NCBI RefSeq assembly: GCF_006345805.1
Contig: NC_043001.1
Span: 110,918,001-110,982,000 of the forward strand
Direction of reading: 5' to 3'
Length of the DNA stretch: 64,000 nucleotides
Source of the DNA: Octopus sinensis
Lineage: Eukaryota
Positions 23,601 to 37,400 of this stretch are shown here, piece after piece (within the stretch, counting starts at the first letter, position 1; each line of letters begins with the position of its first letter). The translations under genes and the position numbers were made by a program. A model generated the notes under the pieces. It saw only the letters and a list, made by a program, of their open reading frames with translations. It did no database searches and was not told the origin of the DNA.

Positions 23601-26317
23601 TGAATATGAATCGCCGGACGAACTGCAAAATTGCTTATATATTCGAAATATAAGTGTTTCTAAGTTTGTCTCAGATGTATATTATCATGATGTCGTTTGG
23701 CAAAAATGATCGCGAACCTTTCGTTGTGTGAGAGAATAATATAGAATCAGTCAACGTTACTATTAATTACTGCCTGGCGAACCTGATGTGTATCTGTGCA
23801 CTTTCTTTTTCCATGTAAGCACTCTTGGTTTTCTAATATCAATAACGTAATAAACTGCAAGTTGTATATACTGACCTTTTTCTCTTTGTAGTTCGTTTTC
23901 TGATGAAATTATCAAATTTTATATTTCTCTAATAAGATCTTTCGAGCGATTAAGAACAAAACACGATAAAACGACAAATATTAATCAATAGTTTTAATTA
24001 AGAACAGTGATCTCCAATTATAATTAGTATTTTATCAGATAGCATCGACGTTGTTGTATATATTTCAAGATGACGTCAAATCATTTTGCCCAACCGTACC
24101 TCCTTCTAATCATCTATAATCGGGACCAATAGCGGCAGTTAATATTTACAATCAACAAAATGATCATTATAAATATATAGCCACATTGTAACTCTAGCAA
24201 CGGAAATAGTTAGTATCACTAACATCATAGACACGTCACCATCGTCGTCCTGGTAGTCACTGTCGACGGTTTTATCGACAGATTTATATAAACGATTAAC
24301 ACTTTCAAATATGAAATCATCAACTGCAGCACTAATCCAACATAAAAATAAGAACAAAAGTGCAGCATAATTAGTACTGAATCAGTTTTTGGTTTACTAT
24401 TATGGTAATGCTAAATCAACATTATTCCAGTAGCGTGAGGACTCGCAAAGCAATGACAATTGTCATGTTGTACAACTAACTCTTTCAAGTACCTCTGCGA
24501 TTAACACGAATATCTTTCACCGTGATGCTGTATGTACGAAATCACTACGAAGGATCACTGTAAATCCATCAAATCACAAGAATGATAATCAACGCTTCAT
24601 AAATTTTATATCTAGGGCAATTTTTACAATCTCCATCTAAGTACGTGGATGATACTTTTATTAGCGACACGAGGATGGGTAAAGGGCAACATCGATCTTG
24701 TTAGTTCTGTCATTTTGAATGTTAACTATCGTAATAAAATCCCGTAGAGCATTTTTCCGACAACTTATCGATTATATCAGACTAGTAAAATGCATCTCGT
24801 GGAGCGGCTGTAGCTAATTTCTGTTGGAGTTGTTGATAATTTCGGTTGCTGTTATCGATTAGATGAAACAGGCGTATATTATAAGGGGTTCGAACCGGGG
24901 AAAGTCTCATCCTTCCTTTCATACATTCCTGACAGATTTAGTCGTCTACTGTTCCATTTTTAAAAGTGCAATGTGTGAGTTAAGGAATATGTAACTACTA
25001 TTTATGTCATGCTGTTTGTCCGGTTATATATTTAACTCTGGACCATTGTCGAAAAGATAAAATACAGGGTTAAATTCATAATAGTGTTCTGTTGTTATTT
25101 AGATTTAGATGGAGATTATAGAAGCGGAACTATCATCACAATCAGTCCACCCAGCCCAACCCTGTTGTTTTTCGTATTAAGATTATTGAACCAATGAGTC
25201 ATTTATGTTTTTAATGTGCTTTATATTTCCAAGAGCAATTTCTTATTCTATCTAACAGGTCAAGCTAACACATAAATAATCTCTCGTTAGATTCATTATC
25301 ACTATTAACCCCGGCTGAGACACAGTTGATTTCATTAAAGAATTCTTCAGATTTAATAAAAATTTCAACTCTGCAATTAAATTAAATTACCACACTCTGA
25401 GCAAGGGCAGTGTGGAACTGGTAATATTTGTTTGTGATGGAGGTGTCAAAATGAAACAGCCATTTATAATCTCCTCTTATAGAGATTAGAGTGATGAAAA
25501 CCAAATAATGATTGCTAAACTAGGAAAAAGGGCGAATATATCGGGCATATAAGTGATGAAAAACTCTTTACTAGTGCTTGAGTGATTATGTTATTTGACA
25601 CCGCAAGGGATGAAATGTAAACTTTAATTCGAGTTGATTTTAATTAAAATCAAGGGACATTGCAAAAATAGCTTATGATTCTATCATCTTCTACTCTGGA
25701 ACGATGTAATGCAACTAATTCTATACGAAGCGCTACCGTTTTTTGGTAGACACGAAAGCATAAAATCTGTTCATGGATAGGATAGACATGAGACACAAAG
25801 ATTATGAATTTCTCTTCTTTGCATGACTGCGTTATGGCAAAAAAAAAAAGAGCGAGAGAATGGCGCAGAAGAGAAAACCGGAAGAAAACGGAATGGGAGA
25901 AAAATGCAACCACACCCTAAGAGCTATTTAATACCATTTAAGTAGAAGGCATAAAAAACGTCTTAATTTATGGAGTTGGTATGTGGAGAGTAAGTGGCGA
26001 AACAAAGCGAAAGTGAAGTGAGAATAGTAGGAGGTGAATAAAGGAGAGGAAGATGATTTTGAAGGGGGTGAAGCAGAACGAAACTATGAAATAGATTTCG
26101 AGGAAAATGGGTGGGAAACAAGCGAAGGCAGCGTGAGACAACGAGAAAACTGAATATTCGAAGGTTAGTTGTATAAACGCCGCTTAAAGCTATTTTTATT
26201 GAACTATTTCGCCAGTAGCGGTAAAGAAATATTCGTAAATGGCCCTATTTACAAGCACACACCCTATACAAATACATGCTCGCATACAGATAAGCACATA
26301 TACATATATGTATACTA

Positions 26318-26379
<62 letters not shown>

Positions 26380-26440
26380 TACATTATATTATATTATATT
26401 ATATTATATGTATATATATTACATTATATTATATTATATA

Positions 26441-26484
<44 letters not shown>

Positions 26485-28224
26485 CATCTTCTACTTAGTA
26501 TACATAAAAATACATTTAATTCAAAGTATTCAAGGAAGGAATTGGTTGAAATTGTAGAAGCAGCTGCAGTGTGAAGCAGAATAACTGGAAGGCTTTCTTT
26601 TATATTTGGGACATGAAAAACGGACTCCGTTAGATTCAAATATAATAAAAAGCAAAGCTTTCCTCGTGTTCGAAGATGTCAGTTGAGTCATATTGTTGGA
26701 AATAACCCCGGTGTGTTCTGTAAAGTGCATGAAATATTAATGTTACCAATAGCGTTTGGGAAAACTCTTTCTGTCGTTTCAGATATCTCACATTTATATT
26801 TCAGACACGCATACCTAAAGTTATATACTTAAACTCTTATCAATTTTCGCTCTTTGTAGAGCATTGCAAAGTCTGTATGTTAAGCAGTGAATTAGATTGG
26901 AGTAAATGCAACCAAAATTGAACATCGCATAGCCATTCCCAAGGATCTATTCGAATACTTACTTTATAGATGAAAGTACATATGTGGAGCTGTCGGTTTG
27001 GACAAAGGAAATTTCAGGCTGGTTATGAGCAGAGAGGAATGGACTAACTCTACAAAGTCACTCATTTCTTGCTCAATTCTAAGGAGAGGGAGAGAAAGGA
27101 ACGAGAAAAAAAACTGAGGGCAAGGTGCTCACATGCGGGAAACAACATGTTAGCGAGCTGAAAAGGCGGTTACAAAATGTGGAAGTTAGGACGCAGATAT
27201 GGTGCACATACATCTTTGGTGTATATATATAGAGTGGAGGATGTAGAAATAATGTGGGGAAGGTAATGAACGTGTTTATGAACCCTGATGTACTTAGGTG
27301 TTGAGAAATTTCACAAGGGAAGTCGATAATACTTATGATCAAGATATTGACTAACTCCATTTTCTTTTCAATGACTTCTGTAAGTTGAACCACATTATCC
27401 AATGTCTTCTCCCCTTTTTTCAGACATTGTGTGTTTGTGTATGGAAAGATGCTTCTATTTCCGGTATTTGGAGCAACAACACAAATGCTTTCTCATTGAC
27501 AGATTCGGACAAGTATTGAAGGATGCTAATAAAGGTGATGAAACTGGTGCCTTCAGCGTTTCAAAGTGTATTTAAGCAATAGAATTATTTATGTATCATA
27601 CAGAGAATTTGACCACGTGATGGATTTCGCTTAATCAGGATTATTTTTCGTATCCATAGCCATTTTGCTGATTTCTGGTAGACCACAAAGGTGATGAAGA
27701 TGATCTTTCCCTCAGCTAGGAAGATAAATGAAATGTAATAGATTCTTGGTTCTTGCAGTAAGAAAACGAGGACTGAAAAAATTAAGGACAAAGAGATCAT
27801 TATACAGATATTCTTTTAACGAGGCTTGATATACTAGGGCCAAAACACTCCAGTTGAGGAAAAAAGAGCTTTGACGTGGAAAAAGTGTGACAGGAGACAA
27901 TAGTCACTTGGAGCGCCACTTCTTGGTTTAGCACACCCTTCTTATCGTTACTGTCACATCAATTTTAATGGTTGTTAATTTCTCACCCGGATGTCATAGC
28001 AGCAATAGAGAATGCAAAAAACATATCATTAATGTGATTTAGCGTGCAAAATATGAAATATACACGATATACACAACCATACCCCACTTAACAACACCTC
28101 GTATGTATCGGGTCTGGGATATATATCTCATTGCCGCTCCAAAATGTTTTTCCTGTGTTAAATACACACTCATACACCCACATATATGTAGGCCTGCGCA
28201 TGAGTGGTGTCTGCTCATTTTGGA

Positions 28225-28276
<52 letters not shown>

Positions 28277-28775
28277 TTATATGAAATTATGTTGTGGCAA
28301 GGCCGTTAGATTTGCTACATCTCGATTCCTTGAAACTTGCTATCGTATATTGCATTTGATGGTAATGTTCCACCAGCATTGCTTCTCTTGATATTTCTGT
28401 ATGTATTCATGAACAACGGGGCTCTCTATGTCTAGATAATGTAGGATTTTCAGGAAAAGAAATCAACCAACTACATTGGACAGTACAGCTACAACCTGTA
28501 AGTGGAACAGTAAAATTAATCAAGATGTTTCTCAAGTTTAGAATTTTAGACTGCTTTTGTTATTGAGCTTCCAACGATTGGACTATATATTTCTACTAGT
28601 AAACAGCTCCATTCTCACACAAGATGATGAATTGAAATATTTCGACACAGGAGAGAAAATACCTACATACAAACGTACGTACATATAAATGTACATATAT
28701 ATATATATATTATATATATATATATATTATATATATATATATATATATTATATATAATATATATATATATATATT

Positions 28776-28862
28776 GCGGAATTTGAACTCAGAACTTAAA
28801 GACAGATGAAATAACGCTAGTCATTTCGCCCGGCGTGCTAACCATTCTGACAGCTCGCCGCG
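28776..28862 (-). mobile_element. SINE family B, 5' fragment
   Basis: The reverse complement contains GGCGAGCTGTCAGAATGGTTAGCACGCCGGGCGAAATG...GTTCTGAGTTCAAATTCCGC. Confidence 0.85.
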
Positions 28863-31157
28863 GTTGTTGTCGAGAATATGTCAAAATTTGGATCCTAATC
28901 ATTTTATATTAAATATTGTTCCCCTCGTATATCAATGTGACTTCTCTTGTTGTCCTTTTCTTTCTCTATATCCCTATGCTACTTTTACTCCCACAGGGTT
29001 TCACTTGGAGACATTACAAATATAACTGAGATATCCCATATGGCGCAGTCTGTTTTAAACATTACGATAGAGACACGTTATTAGCATTTAAATAGAAGTC
29101 ATTTACTGTGTTATGTGTTTCATTTAACATAGAAACATATTTATTGATTTTATTTCTGTATAAATCTAACACACGATTTTACACTTATAGAGCTTCATTC
29201 TTTGGGAAATACAATATCTAACGATAATAAATCATTTTGTTTGAACTGATGTCATAAAGGAAGTGTCATGTAATAATGTTGCTCTTAATTCATAATATTT
29301 TAAAGTAAAGAGGAAGTATAAAGAGAAAATTTACAAACATTGAAGTAAGTTCTGAGATGACACCCATGTACATATTATACAGAGAAGTAGGTTATTTATA
29401 CATTCCTATTTATATATGTGAGTATATAATGCGTGTAGTATGCAGGTTATATTTTGTACGGTATATTTGTACTTATATCTCAATATGAGTGTTCGTGTCT
29501 GTGTATAAATCTATCTGTATGTATATCTATATACGATGTATGTTCATGTGTGTGTGTGAGCGTCTCTATGTATCTGTGCACGTGTGTGTGTGTACGTACA
29601 TATGCATGTATGTGTGTATGTATGTATGTATGTATGTATGTATGTATGTATGTATGTATGTATGTATAACATTTATTTCCCAATTACAATCGCTTTCTTA
29701 TAATATATGAATCATTTAAACCATTTAACAAACTTGAATCTATTCCATTTGCTATTAAAGGTAATGCGGTTGTACAATCTTATTTTGACCTTCCCAAAAT
29801 TAAAATGTACCAATATGAATATATCCATAAATACAAAATTTGGTGTAGTTGAGGTTTTCGTTGAGAGCATTTAAACATCTTGACTTTGTTTTTAAAAAAA
29901 GTACAGATTAAAATGATCAAAGGACAAGCGATTTTGAATACTATTATATGAATCAAATGAGGAAACTGACCAACCATTTTAGCTGAGGAAGTGATATGTT
30001 TTGTATTTCAGAGACCGCAATTTGGTCAGCAGTAAATAAAATTTTGCCATCAAATTGTTTTTAGTTTAGTGGGATAATTATGGTAAGATTAGTATCAAAT
30101 AATCGAAGAAAAAGAGAAAATAAGATAATGGGAGAAAGAAATTTCAAATTTATTCATGAATATGATGTTAGAGGATATAAAGATAGAGACAGTTTGGAAG
30201 ATATAAATAAAAACCTTTAAAGTGGTTGAATAATTTCGCCTTATATAGAGAATGAACAAGGACGTTGATTCATAGGCAATGTTAAAAAATAATGTAACAG
30301 CAATAAATAGTAACGATAAAAGTTATAAATATTATTCCATTAACCTGAACCAGTAAATAATTATATAGGAAAATGAATAATTATTAGGGGAAACGATAAG
30401 ATAGGAATACACTAATAATTGGATAAAAAATTAATGAAAATTAATGAATAATTAATGAATCGCAGTTCTAGAGAGCAGATACTACTGAAATAAAGGGTTA
30501 GATTGTTAAAGCACAATAAGTATGTAAACGGCAATAACAATGTAAATAATGATATTAACCCTCAGAAATCAAGTGTAGCTCAATGAAATACGCATGGACT
30601 TTTTATGCTATTTAACGCGTAAGATGTATTCAATTTATAGAAAATTCATACTGTCCTTTTTTTTTAAATTTGTGAGGACTAACGGATTAAGAACCATGTT
30701 TCATAATTGGTCGAGATTGGCATCTAATAATTTCAAGTTCCTCCATGCAACATAATGTACATCTGCCTTTATACGAAATTGGTACCGATATAGTTGATCT
30801 GAAACAGACCATGTAATTAAACCCATCACTGATATTGATCTAAGTTTCCTAGTTACTATGCTTCACTGTAATATCGAACTAATTTTAACGAAATAAAAAT
30901 TATTTAAATAATCGGGAATTATTTACGGTTCAGCCTGTGAACAATGTGTACAGAAGATTAATGCGAATGTATAATACAACATTGGAGGAACAATTCTTCT
31001 ACACACATGTGCTATTTCAATGACATATTTCAATTATGAAATGTTGTACAAAATTTTCCATTACATACAGCAAGACACACACACACACACACCCATACAC
31101 AGAAACACACACACGCGCGCACACACAGACACAGACACAGACGTATATGTATATGTA

Positions 31158-31192
<35 letters not shown>

Positions 31193-31222
31193 TTAGAAAT
31201 ATATGTATATGTATATAGATCG

Positions 31223-31253
<31 letters not shown>

Positions 31254-31329
31254 AAGATGTGTGTGCGTTTGTCTATATGTGTGTCTATGCGTGAGTTTAC
31301 AAATGTGTGTGGACATATATATACATGTA

Positions 31330-31374
<45 letters not shown>

Positions 31375-31377
<3 letters not shown>

Positions 31378-31706
31378 ATTCATAAATGAGGGCAAAGGAA
31401 AAAAAATTCTAATGCCAACTATGCCGAAAAATTGGACATATTGTCCATTAACCATATAGTTTTTTGCCAGTAGGCACGCTACCCGAAAAAAGGTCGACAG
31501 AAATCTTTAAACAATTCCATTATTACCATATCGGACCAATTTCAGAGTTAGCTACTAAGAGCCCTCTCTTCGTCAGTGGCAAAAGAAATAAATGAGATAC
31601 TTACTCATACCCATGGAAAAAATTATATGTTTAATGGACAATATGTCCAATTTTTCGGCATATTTGGCATTAGAATTTGTTTCCTTTGTCCTCATTTATG
31701 AATTGT
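31375..31706. mobile_element. Small foldback element: ~90-bp inverted arms around a ~150-bp spacer with a hammerhead motif
   Basis: 31375-31465 is the reverse complement of 31617-31706 with a few mismatches; the spacer carries CTGACGA...GAAA-TTGG-TC on the minus strand; follows a (TA)n tract. Confidence 0.8.
31529..31584 (-). ncRNA. Minimal type I hammerhead ribozyme motif (weak stem I)
   Basis: Minus: core CUGACGA (31576-31570), stem II AGAG/CUCU, GAAA, stem III AUUGGU (self-complementary through G-U pairs), GUC site; stem I only UUUUG/CGAUA with a 3-nt offset. Confidence 0.5.
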
Positions 31707-31831
31707 TTATAAATTTAACCGTTAAAGGTATTTATTAATATGCTGGCCATTGATAACATTTTTTTCGAGAAAATATTTTCTTTCGAAAAGAATTTTATCC
31801 TCACATTTGATATATATATACATATACATAT

Positions 31832-31911
<80 letters not shown>

Positions 31912-31975
31912 GTATATATATATATGTATTATGTATGTATGTATGTATGTATGCATGTATGTATGTATTATGCAA

Positions 31976-32165
31976 GGATCGAACAGTTTGATTCAAATAC
32001 CCTGGTGCTTCGAGTTTCAAGCTTGATGCTAGTCTTCAGTCATTAAAATTAGAATGTGACTTTCTCCTCTAGACATCTGATTTTAATTTTAATTCTAAGG
32101 AATGAAGACTAACATCAGACTTGAAACTTCGAGTACCAAGGCATTTGATTCAAACTGTTTGATCC
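31976..32165. repeat. Diverged foldback element (about 80-bp inverted arms, about 25-nt loop), MITE-like
   Basis: 31976-32055 aligns to the reverse complement of 32080-32165 with scattered mismatches. Confidence 0.85.
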
Positions 32166-33291
32166 ATACATGTAACACCCAATAAATGTGTCGAGTGGCC
32201 TTGTTTCGTTTGTCTGCTCAGTAGTGTATATACACATCCCTTCCTGCGAAGCGGATTTTTGCTTCCACGAACATCCTCTGCCGTAACTTTTTTTTTTAAT
32301 TTACAGAAGACATTCTAAACATTTGTAATACTGATGCGTATCGATATCGTAGGATTACATGTATTTCTCATATTTATATACGTATATTGATTTGTATATG
32401 TGTATACATTATATACAGACATATTTACGTTTGTATACAGATGTATACATATACAGCCATGCATGTATATGTGTCCATGTGTCATCTTTTTATTTGTGTA
32501 TTTGTATATGAATCTGTATGGCAGAGAGTGGATATCTGTGCATAGGTTTTGAAACACAAGTATCTATTACAGATTTTGGCTCTACATGAATATTTTCTAT
32601 CGGTTTCTGTCTTGCGTTCGCACTTAAATCTGTAGAATATTCGTGAGCCCAGTTTGAAATCACAACTGAAGTTACATGCCCACAGATTCACAAATATGGA
32701 ATAGTTTGCATACACACTGCTGCGCTACAAGTTTTCTTCAAAAAAAGGTTTCCCATTTCTGCAAACATTTTGAATATTTCAGCGTTTCCGTTGACTTCTA
32801 TGAAAGGTGATAAATAGATGAATATCTCAACCATTAGAAAGTTCGATAAATGCATAGCGAAACTAATCGATAAAAAAATTTCTCAAAATAAAAACGTGAG
32901 AGTAATTGTCAATGACCTAGTAAATCAACAAATTACGAGACATGTACTGCTTCACGCTTGTGACATATATGTCGTCTCTCAGTAGGATTTATTATTCCTC
33001 TCTTCATTACTTGATCCAATATATTATGTATTACAATACTCAGCCGCCATCAGATCAGGATGTGTAGCTTTTAAGTGCTTGTGACATTTGTTTAGAGATG
33101 TCCCCGAACATTTCTATGTTAGACACGTACAGACAAATGTGCTGTATATCTGACTGGCATTTTTCCATTTTTTTTTGTCATATATCAATGTATTTAGTTA
33201 TACTTGTTGACTCTCACACAAACACACACACGTATGTTTCTCTCTCTTTCTCTCTCCATGCATATACATGTGTGTGTGTGTGAGTGAGAGT

Positions 33292-33574
33292 GAAGGCGCA
33301 TGGCTCAGTGGTTACAGCGTCGAGCTTACGATCGTGAGATTGTGAGTTCGATTCCCGGACCGTCGTGTTGTGTTCTTGAGCAAAACACTTCATTTCACGT
33401 CGCTCCAGTTAACCCAGCTGCATAAGTGAGTTGCGAGGTCACTGGTGCCAAGCTGTATCGGCTGGTATGCATGGGCGACTGCTGGCGCTCCACATAACAA
33501 ACTTGCCCGGACTTGTGACTCGGAGGGTAACTTTCCAGGTGCAATCCCATGTCATTCATGACCGAAGAGGGTCT
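33292..33574 (+). mobile_element. tRNA-derived SINE, family E
   Basis: Head GAAGGCGCATGGCTCAGTGG...GAGTTCGATTCCCGG followed by TGTGTTCTTGAGCAAAACACT; related 5' fragment at 47581-47725. Confidence 0.88.
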
Positions 33575-33593
33575 CCTATATATATATACATAT

Positions 33594-33624
<31 letters not shown>

Positions 33625-33649
33625 TTGTTATATTTCGGAATGGTCATTT

Positions 33650-33977
33650 ATATATATATATAAATTAGAAAAAAAAACACTTTTATCAATACAAAAGGAA
33701 AAATTAAATTGCACCATCTAGAAAATTACATATAGTAGAAATATTAAATATAAGATAAAAAATATAACGATGATTAAGTAATGTGCAAAATAATAAATAA
33801 AACGTAATACCAAATATATACGTTTTATTTATTATTTTGCACATTACTTAATCATCGTTATATTTTTTTATCGTATATTTAATATTTCTATTATATGAAA
33901 TTTTCTAGATGGTGTAATTTAGGTTTTCGTTTTGAATTGATAAAAGGTGTTTTTTTTTCTAATTTATATATATATAA
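33650..33977. repeat. Long AT-rich hairpin, ~157-bp arms, 12-nt loop
   Basis: 33650-33806 is the reverse complement of 33819-33977 with about a dozen differences by eye; loop ATACCAAATATA at 33807-33818. Confidence 0.92.
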
Positions 33978-35126
33978 TACTTTGTGGATTTGATTTAGTA
34001 TTTCTAAATTGAATTTTTCTCTGTAATTTGGGAATAATATTTTCTTATATATGTGTAAGACCTCCACCATTAGCATTACCAATGACAATACAATCACCAC
34101 TACAGCTACTATGAATGCCACTAGCTCTAATACTACATCTATAAAGACAAATGTAAACTCTATGCGGTAGTACTAATTCCTAGAAATAGTAGGCACTTCC
34201 CCTTCAAATCCAACCTGCTCTTTTAAAATAAAACGTATATATTAGAATGTAGACCCAAATAAACGAAACGATTGGACGATCATGCACGTAAAGATTTCTA
34301 TGTTACACCTGATGTCACATATAAATTCAGGGTTTTTTTTAACAATATTTCGGAGGCAAACATTTTATCTTCATTTAATTTGTGAACAAGATGAACATTC
34401 TTTCTTCTTTTTCGTTACCATTCAGTATAAACGTGTTAAACACGCAAAGCATTATGTTCGCCTAATTATACAAAATAAATTGCTTAGAAGCTGGAATGAT
34501 GATGCCTTTTGAAGGACAGTTCTGCAGGTAGTCATTTTAAAGTGATGATCCTTCAAGTAATGGAGATTTCCTTGTTCTGCTGCGAATAGTTTAATCTACG
34601 AAAACAGAAATACTACCGCCGTGCTACTTCAGGTGAAATACATATGTTTAGGAGACCCCTATTTCGCAACGTTTGTTGTGAACGTAAAAAGTAGAAGTGT
34701 GAGACAGGGACAAATCATTTTATAAGTGTATGCATGATTATTTTGTTTCCCCTTCACACAATTTACCTGTACAGAATATTTTCATAAGCTCTAGGAGAAA
34801 ATATTTCCGTTTAAAATTCGACATTTATGTGCATCGGTATACGCATACCCCGACTAGTTTTAAGACGGGGAAATTTTTAATCCTTCAACCCTTTCTCTTC
34901 TCCGCGAATAGCGTTGTCCCATAGAGAATATATGGATGTACTTACAAATTTATTTGTATGCTATAAAAGGACAACAGTAAAAAAAAAACAGTACAAATCA
35001 AAAGTAAAGTACGATAAAGAAGAAACAAGACCCTATATAAATGTTTCAATCATATCATCTAGTTGATGGGAATTTCCAAGCATTTTGTTTGACGCCAAGA
35101 AAGTTACCACATTGTAAATCTATTGT

Positions 35127-35445
35127 GTGTAGGCACATGGCCTAGTGGCAAGTGCAGCGGACTCGCGGTCGAGGGATCGAATGTTCAAATTCCAGACCGA
35201 GCAATTTGTGAGTTTATAAGCGAAACATCCAAGTTCCATGCGGCTCCGGCAGAAGGTAATGGCAAACTTCTGCTGATTCTTTCGCCACAACTTTCTCTCA
35301 CTCTTTCCTTCGGCATCTTGCAGCTCACCTGCGATGGACCGGCGTCCCGTCAAGGTGGGGAACCTATTCGCCAAGGAAACCGGGAAACCGGCCCTAATGA
35401 GCCAGGCGTGGCTTGAGAAGGAAGAAAAAAGAAAAACACGAAAAA
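35127..35445 (+). mobile_element. SINE family D
   Basis: Homologous to 13375-13690; TATTGTG on both flanks. Confidence 0.9.
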
Positions 35446-36232
35446 TATATTGTGGTAGGACTTCATCAGGGTTCATATATAGCTCATGCAACTTAGTTAC
35501 TCATTTTATCTCTTTTGAGGGAAGTGTAGAGTATTAGTGGAGTAAAAGTTAAAAAGCTACGCACGCACACACACACACACACCACACACACACACAACAC
35601 ACACACACACACACATTCACACTTGAGACAAGAATTGTTCGAAAAGAAACACAAGGCAAATTGATATAGGAGAATGAAAACACAGATAATGGAAATGTAA
35701 GAGAAGTTTTCACTTAACCTTATATTTCGGGCTTCATAGATCGGCTCCAAAAGCAAGTCATCTCTGGTATAGAGCTGTTATCATTTCCTCGAATGTAAGT
35801 GTTGCTGTGAAAATTGTGTCATTTTCATATAAATATGGTTTCTCTTTGAACGGTGGCTGATATCAAAACTGATTTACGAGGCCTCCTTTAATCCTTAAAA
35901 TTGTCGATATTAGATTAGGCTGTATAGAATAATGGATTTGAATATGACATTTTACTAAATGCATTTGTAATGGTATATTTGCTCCTGTTCCTTTGTGCTC
36001 ATATGGATATTTAGGTCTTTAGGCTTTATACATACCAATGTAAATATGTAATATCTTGGACTCATTGGTGTATGGGAATTGCTGTTGATGTGTTGAGTAA
36101 AGCACTGGTACGGTTTGGATTATCAGGTATCATCTGCACTTGGGGTATATTTCCGTTACGCACACAGATATTAAGAAACTCATCCTAAGTTTAGAATTGT
36201 ATCAAATCCATTATTTGTTTGCCTCCTTAACC

Positions 36233-36284
<52 letters not shown>

Positions 36285-36452
36285 CTTTCGTTTTGACTTC
36301 CCTCCTAGCGTGAGGCATTTATGTATAGAAATGCCCTTAATGTAAATAAATATGTTTAAAGGGAAAAATTTGTAATTTTTTCCCTTATGAGGTTTTTCAC
36401 GCTAACTACTCGATAATTTCTTATGAAGATCTTATCCTATTTTAAAATTGTA

Positions 36453-36486
<34 letters not shown>

Positions 36487-37085
36487 TTTTTAAATAGGAA
36501 AGGAACACAGAAAGAAAAAGGAGAGAAAATAAAGAATGTGTAGTGGCTACCGCTCTATCATGGCGAATGCTGGACAGAGGGCTCACACAAGGGAGCTAGG
36601 AAGAAGGGGAGATGATAAAGTTGTGGTGCATGTGTATAAGAGAGTATGTATGTGCATGTGGAAGAGGGATGGTGACCTTGACGTGTGCAGTAGGTATTTC
36701 GATTACCTCAATGTGGTGAGTTGTAATATATATAAGAAATTAAAAAAGTAAAATACACACACTCTACATAGTTTTAATATAATTTTAAGTATATGGACAA
36801 GTTTTGCTTTCGCGATTCATGATATTAAGGTTTACTTATTTGAATATGTATTTTCTTAATCTTTGTTCTTGATGTGTGATGATATTTACGAGTGAATGAC
36901 TTCACAAGTAGAAAAATAAGGGGAGGTAATTGGATATTCTTATTATTGTTATTGGTGTGGGTAAGAGAGATAACTCTTCAGGAGTATATATGTACACATA
37001 TAAAGTTTCTAAAAACTTGTTTAGTGAGGGATTTATGTACTGTGATGTAATCGTGAACTTAAACATGAAAAAAGACAAAAGTTGG

Positions 37086-37400
37086 TTATGCGTGCATATT
37101 AAGTCTTGTTCTGTATTTATCGATGAAAATTATTTCTTTATCTAAAAGCTTTTGTGGAGAAATTGTGTCTTTGCACTGGTAGAAGGGGAAGACTGTGAAA
37201 TTTTTCTATATGTTCACTGAGAGGAATTTACCTGTATTGCGGGAGACGGATTTGCTCTTTATGTAGAGCCATTTTCCGTCTCAAAGTCATACGTGTCTGT
37301 CCAATATGCTTGTGTCCACATCCCGACCAGGTTATTACATAAATTAGGTTCTCAGAAGAACAGGTGAAACTAGTTTTAATTGTGAAGCTCTCTCCGTGGA
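37086..37400 (-). pseudogene. PLE GIY-YIG endonuclease remnant
   Basis: FTIKTSFTCSSENLIYVITWSGCGHKHIGQTRMTLRRKMALHKEQIRLPQYR*IPLSEHIEK / FTVFPFYQCKD...DKEIIFIDKYRTRLNMHA*; premature TAA at 37228-37230 and a frameshift; clearly homologous to 53005-53345. Confidence 0.85.

Noticed and set aside
27615-27680. Possible mariner DLAPSDY-like remnant
   Set aside because: It needs a stop and a frameshift within 15 codons, and no TIRs were found.
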